In this document: positions 40,374 to 54,826 of the stretch, in pieces
How positions within the stretch are numbered: position 1 is the stretch's first letter
How the letters are laid out: the number at the start of each line of letters is the position of its first letter
Origin: Clostridia bacterium
Lineage (GTDB): Bacteria; Bacillota; Clostridia; UBA1212; DUPL01
NCBI GenBank assembly: GCA_050951325.1
Contig: JBMNIW010000008.1
Coordinates: 32,001-96,000 of the forward strand
Direction of reading: 5' to 3'
DNA length: 64,000 nt
Notes under the pieces: generated by a model
Told to the model about the DNA's origin: nothing
Seen by the model: only the letters and a program-made list of their open reading frames with translations
The model's database searches: none
Translations under genes and position numbers: made by a program

Positions 40374-41218
40374 TTTTCAAGCAACTCCTTTACATAAGTA
40401 GGAAGATAGAAGGCTCCTGCATGAAGCTCGGTGTTGTAATATCTGGTTTCAAGATTGAACCTCTTCCACTCCTCTGCCTTTAAATCCTCGATTGGATCCA
40501 AAGTGCGGGAAGCAAATCCAAAACACCAGTGACCCGAGGGATATGTGGGTATGTGAGCCTGGTAAACCTTGCTTATTGGAAATATGGATTTTATAAGTTT
40601 GTGAGACCTCTGCATTGCTGCTCTGTCACCTTCGTAATAAGGGCTTTCATGCTGGTTGACAAGAATTCCATCCTCTTTTAAAGCTTTGAAGCAGTTGCCG
40701 TAAAACTCTTTTGTAAACAAAGCCTCTCCCGGCCCGAAAGGATCTGTAGAGTCGACAATTATCAAGTCGTATTCATCAACCACTCTTCTTACATATTTAA
40801 CTCCATCCTCAAAGTAGAGATTCACTCTCTTATCGTCAAAACAGCAGGCAGTCTGGGGAATGTGCTTTTTACAAACATCAACCACCATCTTGTCTATCTC
40901 CACCATGTCTATCCTTTCGATATGTTCATATCTGGCAAGCTCCCTTACTGTTCCGCCATCACCTGCGCCAATAACCAGTACATCCTTTATTCTAGGATTA
41001 ACCGCCATTGCCACATGGGTTATCATTTCGTGATAAACAAACTCATCCCTTTCAGTCAGCATGAGCAGTCCGTCAAGTACAAGTATTCTCCCAAATTCAT
41101 AAGTATCGAAAACTGCTATATCCTGAAACTCACTTTTCGCACTCTCAAGCTGCTGCTTTATCTTTATTGAAAATTTAGCATAGTCGGTGTGTTCTTCACT
41201 AAACCAAAGTTCCATCAT
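40367..41218 (-). CDS. speE: Spermidine synthase (polyamine aminopropyltransferase)
   Basis: YHEM, VLVIGAGDGG, VDSTDP. Confidence 0.95.
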   Translation of the reverse strand: MMELWFSEEHTDYAKFSIKIKQQLESAKSEFQDIAVFDTYEFGRILVLDGLLMLTERDEFVYHEMITHVAMAVNPRIKDVLVIGAGDGGTVRELARYEHIERIDMVEIDKMVVDVCKKHIPQTACCFDDKRVNLYFEDGVKYVRRVVDEYDLIIVDSTDPFGPGEALFTKEFYGNCFKALKEDGILVNQHESPYYEGDRAAMQRSHKLIKSIFPISKVYQAHIPTYPSGHWCFGFASRTLDPIEDLKAEEWKRFNLETRYYNTELHAGAFYLPTYVKELLEKC

Positions 41219-42660
41219 TACCCCTCCACAACATTTATTGTTTGCAATGTCATATCCTGCGTTCCTGTCAAAAGCGCACCCTTTTCCCTGGCATAGGCAA
41301 TATACTCAAGAATTTCCTTTGTAATCAATTCACCTGGAGCCAGTATGGGTATTCCCGGCGGATAAGTCATAATAAATTCAGAGCAGATCCTGCCTACACT
41401 TTCCTCAATAGGCAACGTACGTTTCTCCGCATAGAATGCTTTTTGAGGTGTTATCTGTACATTTGGAACTATATAGTCGCAATCAAACACCTCTTCCGTA
41501 TCTTTTGCATATACTCTCTTTATCTCAGACATAGCCGATATTAGTCGTTCTATATCCTGATACCTGTCCCCTGCAGATATAATTGCCAGAATGTTTCCCA
41601 TGTCGCCAAATTCCAACTGTATGCCGTATTCGTCCCTTAGTATGTTGAGCACTTCAATACCTGCAAGTCCTATGTTTCTTGTGTGAACCGTCAGCTTTGT
41701 GTTGTCATAGGCATAAACAGTATCGCCATTAACAAGATCACTTGAAAAGGTATAGTATCCACCTATCTGATCTATTTCCTTTCTGGCATATTCTGCATAC
41801 TCCACAGTTTTTGCTATCATTTCCCTGCCTCTCAAGGCAAGATTCCTTCTGGCTACGTCTAGAGACATCATAAGTAGATAAGAACCGCTTGTGGTTTGAG
41901 TCAGATTCAAAACCTGCCTTACATAATTTGCATCCACATCCGGCCCACACAACAAAAGCGAGCTTTGTGTCAAAGAGCCACCTGTTTTGTGCATGCTGAC
42001 TGCAGCCATGTCAGCGCCTGCAGTCATTGCGGATACGGGCAGGTTATCGCCAAAGTAGAAATGGGTCCCGTGGGCCTCATCAACGAGTACTTTTACACCC
42101 TGTTCCTTTGCAATTTTCACAATCTCCCTCAGATTTGAGCAAATACCGTAATATGTGGGATTGTTCACAAATACCGCTTTTGCATCCGGGTGCTCATCCA
42201 GAGCTTTCTTAACATCTGCGACAGACATTCCTAAAGGAATTCCAAGCTTTGTACTTATACCTGGATTAATATAAATTGGTTTTGCACCAATTACCACCAG
42301 TGCATTTATTGCACTTCTGTGCACATTTCTTGGGATTATTATCTTGTCACCTGCCTTGCAGGTGGACATTATCATCGTCTGTACGGCAGACGAAGTTCCA
42401 TTCACCATGAAAAACGCTTCTCTTGCAGAAAACGCCTCTGCGCACAGCTTTTGCGCCTCCTTTATAACTGAGGATGGGTGAATCAGGTTATCAAGAGGTT
42501 TTCTCGAGTTGTAATCCACTCTGAGACAATTCTCACCCAGAAACTCTGCCAGTTCTGGATTGCCACGTCCTCCCTTATGTCCGGGCACATCGAATGCAAC
42601 TACCCTTTCCACCTTGTGGCTCTTTACTGCTTCAAATAGTGGTGCTCTATTTTGATCCAT
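41218..42660 (-). CDS. speA: Orn/Lys/Arg decarboxylase (probable arginine decarboxylase)
   Basis: VPGHKGG, VDEAHG, SMHKT PLP lysine, YPPGIP; polyamine operon context. Confidence 0.85.
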   Translation of the reverse strand: MDQNRAPLFEAVKSHKVERVVAFDVPGHKGGRGNPELAEFLGENCLRVDYNSRKPLDNLIHPSSVIKEAQKLCAEAFSAREAFFMVNGTSSAVQTMIMSTCKAGDKIIIPRNVHRSAINALVVIGAKPIYINPGISTKLGIPLGMSVADVKKALDEHPDAKAVFVNNPTYYGICSNLREIVKIAKEQGVKVLVDEAHGTHFYFGDNLPVSAMTAGADMAAVSMHKTGGSLTQSSLLLCGPDVDANYVRQVLNLTQTTSGSYLLMMSLDVARRNLALRGREMIAKTVEYAEYARKEIDQIGGYYTFSSDLVNGDTVYAYDNTKLTVHTRNIGLAGIEVLNILRDEYGIQLEFGDMGNILAIISAGDRYQDIERLISAMSEIKRVYAKDTEEVFDCDYIVPNVQITPQKAFYAEKRTLPIEESVGRICSEFIMTYPPGIPILAPGELITKEILEYIAYAREKGALLTGTQDMTLQTINVVEG

Positions 42661-42679
42661 TGTTGCCTCTCTCCAAAGA

Positions 42680-43498
42680 TTATTTCTGGTATATATTCAT
42701 ACCACTGAAAATTTCAATCATTTCTTTTCTCAATCTATCCGTTATTTCAAGTCTATGCTTTGGAGGCAATTCATATACATCCTGATTAAATAAATAATTC
42801 TGCAAATCTATTTCCTTAATTAGCATTTTAGTATGAAAAATATTTGCCTGATAAACATTTACATCAATGGCATCATACATATTCAAGGTTTCTTCGTCTA
42901 TATAATCCTGGATGGAATTAATATCATGATCGATATAATATTTTTTCCCTTCAAGATCTCTTGTAAAGCCGCGAACCCTGTAATCTATTGTAATTATGTC
43001 GGAGTCAAAGCTCTCTATTAAGTAGTTTAGGGCTTTTAGCGGAGAGACTCTTCCGCAGGTTGATACATCTATATCAACCCTGAAGGTGGATATTGCGTTG
43101 TCAGGATGGGCTTCAGGATATGTGTGCACTGTAACATGACTTTTGTCCAAATGCGCATGAATTGTTTCCTTATACCCACTTATTCCTTTTCCTAAATTGC
43201 ACGTTTCATCAACTTGCGATTCTGACAAGGCTCCTTCTGCAATCAATATGTTTACAGAAGCCCCTTGAGGCTCATAATCCTGTTTCGATATGTTGAGTAT
43301 GTGCGCACCTATAAGTTCAGTAACTTTGCATAGTATCGATGTCAGCCTTTCAGAGTTATACTGTTCATCAATGTATGCGATGTAATCTCTTTGCTCCCTG
43401 TCCGTTTTTGCATAGCTTACATCATAAATATTGAAGCTAAGAGTCTTGGTCAGGTTATTGAACCCATACAATGCCAACTTTTTTGCCAACTCTAACAT
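42680..43498 (-). CDS. speD: S-adenosylmethionine decarboxylase proenzyme
   Basis: GFNNLTK, HLDKSH.TVHTYPE, STCG. Confidence 0.93.
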   Translation of the reverse strand: MLELAKKLALYGFNNLTKTLSFNIYDVSYAKTDREQRDYIAYIDEQYNSERLTSILCKVTELIGAHILNISKQDYEPQGASVNILIAEGALSESQVDETCNLGKGISGYKETIHAHLDKSHVTVHTYPEAHPDNAISTFRVDIDVSTCGRVSPLKALNYLIESFDSDIITIDYRVRGFTRDLEGKKYYIDHDINSIQDYIDEETLNMYDAIDVNVYQANIFHTKMLIKEIDLQNYLFNQDVYELPPKHRLEITDRLRKEMIEIFSGMNIYQK

Positions 43499-43690
43499 CA
43501 CACCTTTCAAATATAATGATACAGCTAGAATAATACCCTATTTCCGTTCAAAAAACAACAAATTAATTGTGTGATATTGTTACAGATATTAGCGTTTTTT
43601 GTGTTATAATATATCCTGAACAAGAAATAATATAATAAAGCAGTAACAGCTATATTAATTGTAGTCAATAAAATGTAAAGGAGGATAAAC

Positions 43691-44002
43691 ATGAGTGTAA
43701 TAACATTGACAAAGGATAATTTCGAAGATGAGGTGTTGAATTCAGATGTCCCGGTTTTGGTGGATTTCTGGGCAAGCTGGTGCGGTCCATGCAGAATGAT
43801 TTCCCCTATCATCGAAGAAATTGCAGCAGAGGAAAATGGAATCAAGGTTGGCAAGGTTAATGTTGATGACGAGCCTGAACTTGCATCAACTTATAACATA
43901 ATGAGCATCCCTACAATCATGGTATTTAAAAACGGCGAGGTTGTAAATGTCGCAGTAGGTGCCAGGCCAAAATCTGCACTTCTCTCACTGGTAAAAAGCT
44001 AA
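43691..44002 (+). CDS. trxA: Thioredoxin
   Basis: WCGPC. Confidence 0.96.
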   Translation: MSVITLTKDNFEDEVLNSDVPVLVDFWASWCGPCRMISPIIEEIAAEENGIKVGKVNVDDEPELASTYNIMSIPTIMVFKNGEVVNVAVGARPKSALLSLVKS

Positions 44003-44006
44003 TATT

Positions 44007-44513
44007 ATGGAAAACAGCAAATTCGGGTTCGTTCGTCATCCTTACGAGCCCGTTTTTAATATTGATTCTAAAGTACTAATTTTAGGGACTGTTCCATCTG
44101 TTGCGTCCCGCAAATACGGCTTTTACTATACCCACCCTCAAAACAGGTTTTGGAAGGTTTTGTCTTCCATTTTAAACGAAGAATTTCCCGATACTATCGA
44201 AAAAAAGACTGACATGCTGTTGAAAAACCACATTGCTCTATGGGATGTGTTAAAAGAAACACAAATCAAAGGAAGTAGCGACAGCTCTATTAAAAATCCC
44301 AAACCCAATGATATCAACCGGATTCTAAACAGCACTGACATCAAAGCAATTTTTACAACGGGCAAAAAAGCCTTTGAACTTTATAACAAATTATGTTATC
44401 CTAAAACGAAGTTCAAGGCGATTTGCCTTCCTTCCACCAGTCCTGCCAACTGTGTTTACACATTGGACAGGCTTATTGATGAATACTCAATCATACTAAA
44501 ATATATACAGTAA
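44007..44513 (+). CDS. DNA-deoxyinosine glycosylase (UDG superfamily)
   Basis: LILGT.PS..S, YY.HPQNRFW, LPSTSPAN. Confidence 0.85.
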   Translation: MENSKFGFVRHPYEPVFNIDSKVLILGTVPSVASRKYGFYYTHPQNRFWKVLSSILNEEFPDTIEKKTDMLLKNHIALWDVLKETQIKGSSDSSIKNPKPNDINRILNSTDIKAIFTTGKKAFELYNKLCYPKTKFKAICLPSTSPANCVYTLDRLIDEYSIILKYIQ

Positions 44514-44522
44514 GGAATGAAT

Positions 44523-45086
44523 ATGAAAGATATTATTTTAGCCAGCAAAAGCCCGAGAAGAATTGAACTGTTTAAAAAACTAAATCTACCTTTTTCATGC
44601 ATTACGCCGGACATAGATGAAGCAATGGATTTATCCTGCGGCCTTGAAAATGCGGTTGCCAAGCTTGCTTTCAGAAAAGCTAATTCCATTATTGAGAAGC
44701 ATCATAACACCATTGTTATCGGCGCAGATACAATTGTAACACTGGAAAATTTCATCCTGGGAAAACCGAGAGACAAACAGGATGCCTTCAACATGCTCAT
44801 GCAACTGTCAGGAAAAACACACAAGGTAATGACAGGGGTATGCATATTGACAGATAATAGGATGGAATCCTTCTGTGATACCTCCGAGGTCACTTTCTAC
44901 CACTTGACAGACAATGAGATTAAAAAATACATTGCAACAGGCGAACCCATGGACAAGGCAGGTGCGTACGGCATCCAGGGTCAGGGCGCCCTGCTTGTAA
45001 AACACATTAACGGAGACTTTTACTCCATCATGGGTCTTCCAATTGCAAGAATAAACCAAATCCTGAAATCCTATACTATTGATTAA
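44523..45086 (+). CDS. maf: Maf nucleotide pyrophosphatase
   Basis: ILASKSPRR, IGADT, DKAGAYGIQG. Confidence 0.92.
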   Translation: MKDIILASKSPRRIELFKKLNLPFSCITPDIDEAMDLSCGLENAVAKLAFRKANSIIEKHHNTIVIGADTIVTLENFILGKPRDKQDAFNMLMQLSGKTHKVMTGVCILTDNRMESFCDTSEVTFYHLTDNEIKKYIATGEPMDKAGAYGIQGQGALLVKHINGDFYSIMGLPIARINQILKSYTID

Positions 45087-46371
45087 ATGTTACTTTCTCC
45101 ACATCATACATGGATGAAAGTACAATCCAATTTGCTGCATTGAAACTGTTTATAGTCCAGTAGCTCACACCACCAAGACCATACTCATCAACCAGCCTTA
45201 ATCTTGCCTGTATGCTTCTTGCATCGTCAAACCACACTTCATGTCTCCTGCCCTGCGAATCCGTGTAGTTAAAGAATGGAGCCATCGCAACCGGATCAAA
45301 TTTTATCTCCGACCCTGTATTCATAGCCAGATTTGCCGCAGCAACATTTGACAAAGATCTTGCTGCAGTTCCTTCTACATAAGGCAACGTCCAATCATAT
45401 CCATAGTTTGGCATTCCCATCAAAATCTTCTCCGGTGGAATCACCGTTACGGCATAGTCAAGAACCCTTCTAACCTGATCAATTGGAGCAACAGCCATGG
45501 GCGCGCTGTAGGTATAACCCCATTCATATGTCATGAGAATAATATGATCCACATACTGACCATGGAATTCATAGTCGTGCGCCTCATATAACAGACCTGG
45601 TTGATCGCCACTTATCTTGGGCGCCAGAGCAGTAGAAACCGTATATCCCAAAGGATGTAATGTTTCTGTCATTCTTCTTAAGAAATTGTTGTAATCCTGC
45701 CTGTTCTCCGGATATATGTATTCAAAATCAATATCAAGACCGTAATATCCCGTACTAAGCTCATTTATGACATTTTGAACCAGATTATCCTGCACCGTCA
45801 TATCAGTCAATATTGTTCTTGCAAGGTCGCTGTCAAAACTTTCACCTTCGGCAATATTAGTAATTACCAACAATGGCCCAACTGACTGCCCCCTTGCTGC
45901 AGATATCAAGGGTGTATCATTAATAGGAGCCAAACTTCCATCAGGTCGTACCTCGTGACTGAATATGCTGAGATACGTAAGATAAGGCAATGTATTATTC
46001 AGCGTAGTTGTATTTATATTTGTAAATGCATATCCGTTAACTTCTATTGTACCGAGCTTCTGCTGTCCAACCGGGATAATAATTATCTGTCCCGGCCTTA
46101 TCTGCGCAGGATTATCAATATTCGGATTTGCATCCAAAATACTCTCAACAGAAACACCATACAATCTTGAAATTCGATACAATGACTGCCCTGGTGTTAC
46201 TGTATGTCTGATATTCTCTGTTCTAATGACTAATGCCTGGCCTATCATTATCAAGCCAGGATTTTCAAGTTGGTTATCATCAATTATTCTCTGAACAGGA
46301 ACTCCATACCTTCTGGATATTGAAAAAACACTGTCTCCTCGCTGCACTACATGAATTATCATACACATCAT
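45076..46371 (-). CDS. LysM + GH18 spore cortex/germination protein (YaaH/SleL-like)
   Basis: Two LysM repeats, DIDFE, MTYEWG, YGYDW. Confidence 0.88.
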   Translation of the reverse strand: MMCMIIHVVQRGDSVFSISRRYGVPVQRIIDDNQLENPGLIMIGQALVIRTENIRHTVTPGQSLYRISRLYGVSVESILDANPNIDNPAQIRPGQIIIIPVGQQKLGTIEVNGYAFTNINTTTLNNTLPYLTYLSIFSHEVRPDGSLAPINDTPLISAARGQSVGPLLVITNIAEGESFDSDLARTILTDMTVQDNLVQNVINELSTGYYGLDIDFEYIYPENRQDYNNFLRRMTETLHPLGYTVSTALAPKISGDQPGLLYEAHDYEFHGQYVDHIILMTYEWGYTYSAPMAVAPIDQVRRVLDYAVTVIPPEKILMGMPNYGYDWTLPYVEGTAARSLSNVAAANLAMNTGSEIKFDPVAMAPFFNYTDSQGRRHEVWFDDARSIQARLRLVDEYGLGGVSYWTINSFNAANWIVLSSMYDVEKVTFNQ

Positions 46372-46424
46372 CTCTCCACCGTACTTACTTGTATTTTATG
46401 CATCCCTTTTTATTTCTGTGAAAT

Positions 46425-46453
46425 GCATATTCTTTTTAACGTCAGACAAAATA
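46425..46453 (+). promoter_or_regulatory. Putative sigma-G promoter
   Basis: GCATA-17 nt-CAAAATA upstream of the small spore ORF. Confidence 0.55.
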
Positions 46454-46473
46454 TATCAAAGGAGTGATAGATT

Positions 46474-46626
46474 ATGAAAAGAAAATCAAAAGGACGCCCT
46501 ATTGAAAATCATAATAATGCATCTTGGGCCAACATTGAAAAAACAAAGAAAAACTCAGGTGTAACAATACCATCGGAAGAACAGGTTTTAAATGCAAAAC
46601 AGTACGCTGATGATAATGAGAAATAG
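46474..46626 (+). CDS. Small DUF3787-like spore protein (50 aa)
   Basis: Not in ORF track; AGGAG RBS; MKRKSKGRPIENHNNASWANIEKTKKNSGVTIPSEEQVLNAKQYADDNEK. Confidence 0.8.
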   Translation: MKRKSKGRPIENHNNASWANIEKTKKNSGVTIPSEEQVLNAKQYADDNEK

Positions 46627-46663
46627 AAATAGAGCTGTCACAAAAACGTGACAGCTCTATTTT
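46627..46663. terminator. Bidirectional terminator
   Basis: AAATAGAGCTGTCAC/GTGACAGCTCTATTT inverted repeat between convergent genes. Confidence 0.85.
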
Positions 46664-46665
46664 AC

Positions 46666-50194
<3,529 letters not shown>

Positions 50195-50342
50195 CTATTC
50201 TGAACTTGATTGAAAAAAATATACATAAAACGCCTTAGAGGCTTACATGCAACCTCAAAATTGACAGCACTCTTGGCCCAAACTAGCGTAATGCACCGTA
50301 TGTGGTTGAACGTTTCTTGTTTGGCGGGAGACACAATTTGTC

Positions 50343-50915
50343 ATGATTAAGAATTTCAGAATTGTAAAAGCTACCACACCTTTATCGCTGGAATCGGAAA
50401 TGGTTCATTGGCTGACCCACAGCCACACTGAATACGAGTTGAACCTTTACATCAACGTCAAGGCTACTATTTTCATTAATGAAACAGGCTATTTCATAAA
50501 TGACAACGATATTTTGTTTATTCCAGCCAATGTAGAACACAGTATTTACCTTTCAAACAAACCAAAGAACACCCAGTACTCAAGAATTGTAATCAATTTC
50601 AACAACAACTTTCATCAGAGTGGATGTCACAGGTATTGCCGATATGGAGCTATATTGATACGCTGCGCGAAGCAATCATCCTACAAGATATCCCTTAAGT
50701 TCGAAGACTATCTTCACGTATCCGATTTGTTTAACAAAATACTCGAAAACTACCAGCTGCAAAACGGTTCTGATAGTGGTAATTCATTTATATTATCTCG
50801 TTAAAATATCTGGCAAACAGCAAGAATCACGTGAATCACTGACAGTAAAGTCTATGAAATTAGTAGATACTTGGATGAAAACTACAAGGAAGACATTACA
50901 TTAACAGTGGTTTAA
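50343..50915 (+). pseudogene. Degraded, truncated AraC-family regulator
   Basis: Cupin HSH.EYEL..FIPANVEH..YSRIVINF; after a frame break KVYEISRYLDENYKEDITL, then stop; HTH missing. Confidence 0.7.
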
Positions 50916-50935
50916 CGATAGTATCACATCCTTTG

Positions 50936-53768
50936 GCTTAATACTCTTCTTGTTTTACACTACTCTCAAACGTACACATCCAGTGACGGAGCAACAGCAA
51001 GCTTAATACTCTTCTTGTTTTACACTACTCTCAAACGATGCGATACCAGGTGCAGACATATGTCATAAATCAATGCTTAATACTCTTCTTGTTTTACACT
51101 ACTCTCAAACGTGGCGACCATCCCGTACATTATGCATAAATCACATGCTTAATACTCTTCTTGTTTTACACTACTCTCAAACGCGTATCCTTATTTGGTT
51201 TGAATCACACCAGCTTAATACTCTTCTTGTTTTACACTACTCTCAAACTACTCTTATATGCCTTGCCTTCCCGACCTTGCTTAATACTCTTCTTGTTTTA
51301 CACTACTCTCAAACCCTTGGTCTTTCTTCTTTGAACATAATATCAGCTTAATACTCTTCTTGTTTTACACTACTCTCAAACTGATCGTACCTCTGCCATT
51401 AATAGTTATGCTTAATACTCTTCTTGTTTTACACTACTCTCAAACATGTCAGGCGCAATGCTTAATACTCTTCTTGTTTTACACTACTCTCAAACATGCA
51501 GGCATAGTATTCGCTTAATACTCTTCTTGTTTTACACTACTCTCAAACACCAGTCTGAGACTCACAGTCAGCTCTCGGCTTAATACTCTTCTTGTTTTAC
51601 ACTACTCTCAAACAAGGCACAGCGAGCATGCACAAGGCGAGAAGTTAAGCTTAATACTCTTCTTGTTTTACACTACTCTCAAACGACTGTTCCATCTGTG
51701 GTATTTCAGAGTAACTGCTTAATACTCTTCTTGTTTTACACTACTCTCAAACATATGCACAGTGGAGCATAGCAAGTATGCGCTTAATACTCTTCTTGTT
51801 TTACACTACTCTCAAACAGTCAAGCAATAATGAGAGGTATATATCGCTTAATACTCTTCTTGTTTTACACTACTCTCAAACACTAGCCAATACTCCCGAC
51901 CAATCTCTGCTTAATACTCTTCTTGTTTTACACTACTCTCAAACGACAGATAGAGGATTAGTACCATAGCTTAATACTCTTCTTGTTTTACACTACTCTC
52001 AAACATTCCTGGGTACAATGACCGTCTTGCTGTCGCTTAATACTCTTCTTGTTTTACACTACTCTCAAACCTAGTATAAGTTATTGCAGCAATAGCTTAA
52101 TACTCTTCTTGTTTTACACTACTCTCAAACAAGCAGATTGTCATACTCGAGCATATGCTTAATACTCTTCTTGTTTTACACTACTCTCAAACATTGAGGC
52201 TTGTCGATCATCACAGTAGCATTGCTTAATACTCTTCTTGTTTTACACTACTCTCAAACATATTGGAGGCACAGCGCACAGAATTAAGGGCTTAATACTC
52301 TTCTTGTTTTACACTACTCTCAAACACGCCATAGAGCTATGCGCTACAAAGGGCTTAATACTCTTCTTGTTTTACACTACTCTCAAACTGCTTACTGTTA
52401 ACAATAAAACAAAACGCTTAATACTCTTCTTGTTTTACACTACTCTCAAACGCTTAACGTCTACCTCCAGCAGTCCATTATGCTTAATACTCTTCTTGTT
52501 TTACACTACTCTCAAACACTGAATGGTGAAGCGGAGAAAATCGAGGCTTAATACTCTTCTTGTTTTACACTACTCTCAAACAAGTGCGATCGCATACGAA
52601 GGCATATCGCTTAATACTCTTCTTGTTTTACACTACTCTCAAACGAATCAGGCTCTTATGTGCCCTGGTAGTGCTTAATACTCTTCTTGTTTTACACTAC
52701 TCTCAAACCCGTCGCCGGTAACTTGAAGCCAGCTTCAGCTTAATACTCTTCTTGTTTTACACTACTCTCAAACACCGCCTTCGAATAGAGACAGCGATGC
52801 TTAATACTCTTCTTGTTTTACACTACTCTCAAACCATGCTGTGAACTCATCAACAAGCGCTTAATACTCTTCTTGTTTTACACTACTCTCAAACCACTTG
52901 CTATCAAACACATGTACTTGCTTAATACTCTTCTTGTTTTACACTACTCTCAAACTAGCTGACAGGAATTGCAACAGAAGCAGGCTTAATACTCTTCTTG
53001 TTTTACACTACTCTCAAACGCACTGATGCAGGCTATACTCCGAAATTAATAGTACTGCGCTTAATACTCTTCTTGTTTTACACTACTCTCAAACGACTAT
53101 CAGGCTATATTGAACATTAACTGATACGGCGCTTAATACTCTTCTTGTTTTACACTACTCTCAAACATCATCGTAAGCATTACGCCCTGCATAGCTTAAT
53201 ACTCTTCTTGTTTTACACTACTCTCAAACTGAGATGGTCATATTCCGCATATGTAAACAGCTTAATACTCTTCTTGTTTTACACTACTCTCAAACCGCGA
53301 ACGCAGGCACTATCAAACGACATTGAGCGCTTAATACTCTTCTTGTTTTACACTACTCTCAAACCGGTAATATTACAGAGACCATTACAGCATTCGCTTA
53401 ATACTCTTCTTGTTTTACACTACTCTCAAACGGTGGCGGGGGCTTCGTTGAACAACAAGGATGCTTAATACTCTTCTTGTTTTACACTACTCTCAAACAG
53501 GTTTGTATCCGTTAGCTTGAGCGTAACCGCTTAATACTCTTCTTGTTTTACACTACTCTCAAACTCAAAAACTGGAGGGTTGAAGACCTGTCATGCTTAA
53601 TACTCTTCTTGTTTTACACTACTCTCAAACTTAATATTGCTTGATATGTTTCTCTTAGCCATGCTTAATACTCTTCTTGTTTTACACTACTCTCAAACCT
53701 CAAGGCGTGTACTACTAAACCGGAGATGTGCTGCTTAATACTCTTCTTGTTTTACACTACTCTCAAAC
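50936..53768 (-). CRISPR. Type II-A CRISPR array: 44 identical 36-nt repeats, 43 spacers (14-39 nt)
   Basis: Repeat (minus) GTTTGAGAGTAGTGTAAAACAAGAAGAGTATTAAGC counted by hand; orientation from leader next to csn2 and tracr complementarity. Confidence 0.98.
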
Positions 53769-53840
53769 CCTCAAATTTCGATATGTAGGTAGTGTGCATT
53801 GTCATTGTATACAATATGTAGAAATTGTCAAACTGGATAT
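53769..53840 (-). promoter_or_regulatory. CRISPR leader with promoter and leader-anchoring sequence
   Basis: TTGACA-16-TACAAT (53831-53804); ATTTGAG(G) immediately before the first repeat. Confidence 0.8.
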
Positions 53841-54509
53841 TTATATCCTGCACAAACTTTCATCCACAATATGCAACACTTCATATTCAAGCTTTTCTCT
53901 ACAGGTACTTTCTACTAGCATAATGTTTATTTTCTTATAAAACACATGCTTGTACAACTCCTTAAGCTCGTTCTTGTTTAGGAAACTCTTCAAGTTAACG
54001 AATATAAAACACTTAATAGCACAAATCTCTGACATAATACTAAGGTAATCTATTATACACCCAAGCAACTCTTGATTGTCAGTGCAGACTTTTACGTCAG
54101 ATAACTTAAGTAATGCAAGAATATCATTTTGGTTCTTATACATTATCGGATAATCAATGTCTTCAATAATTGTCTCAATAAATCCAGATATGGAGCCAAG
54201 CAATTCAGTCATAGCCAAATAATATTGATCTAACGCAAGCTCATTCATGTTCTCATAAATCTTATTAAGTATCCTTTTGTTATTCACATCCAGACCAAAA
54301 ACATCAAGTATAAGATCAACGGCTTTAGAAAAATTCAGTTTTTTGAAATCCTCTGAAATAATCGCTTCACCATCTTCCCCTGAAAGTTGGCAAAGTATAT
54401 CCTGCAAAACGCTTCGTAAAAACTTTGCATTTTCAATAACAAGTACATTTACTCTATTTTCTTCAAACTCAAACGGTTCATCCCAAAAGGGGTGAGTAAA
54501 TCTAATCAT
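53841..54509 (-). CDS. csn2: Type II-A CRISPR protein Csn2 (short form)
   Basis: 222 aa; [19 protein letters not shown]; downstream of cas2. Confidence 0.92.
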   Translation of the reverse strand: MIRFTHPFWDEPFEFEENRVNVLVIENAKFLRSVLQDILCQLSGEDGEAIISEDFKKLNFSKAVDLILDVFGLDVNNKRILNKIYENMNELALDQYYLAMTELLGSISGFIETIIEDIDYPIMYKNQNDILALLKLSDVKVCTDNQELLGCIIDYLSIMSEICAIKCFIFVNLKSFLNKNELKELYKHVFYKKINIMLVESTCREKLEYEVLHIVDESLCRI

Positions 54510-54826
54510 AAGACAACCAACCTTTCATCACTATCCACAAAATCGGTTTTCTTTTCTCCTACAACAAACTCCATTTTCGAAAACTGCTTTTCTGTTATTG
54601 TTAAGAGCTGAACTATACCTTCTTTAGGTTTATTGCGTTTAACTTTTCCAACGATTGAATTTGCAACAGTTGTGTTTAATGCTAACTTACAATAAACAGA
54701 CTCCTGTAACATTAAAAATCCGCTTTTTACTAGAAATGTTCTAAACTTTCTATACTCTCGTTTTTCGGAAGTTGTAACAGATGGTAAGTCAAAGAACACA
54801 AGTACTCTCATGTATCTATAACTCAT
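54506..54826 (-). CDS. cas2: CRISPR-associated Cas2
   Basis: [30 protein letters not shown]. Confidence 0.96.
   Translation of the reverse strand: MSYRYMRVLVFFDLPSVTTSEKREYRKFRTFLVKSGFLMLQESVYCKLALNTTVANSIVGKVKRNKPKEGIVQLLTITEKQFSKMEFVVGEKKTDFVDSDERLVVL

Noticed and set aside
50936-50971. Promoter embedded in each repeat (Neisseria type II-C style)
   Set aside because: No TGnTAnnnT extended -10 in the crRNA-sense repeat
50972-53732. Self-targeting spacers within the window
   Set aside because: None recognised by eye; needs BLAST, and spacer sequences may be unreliable
51073-53940. Repetitive ORFs (LNTLLVLHYSQT / LILFLFYTTLK)
   Set aside because: Translations of the CRISPR repeat; no RBS and not genes
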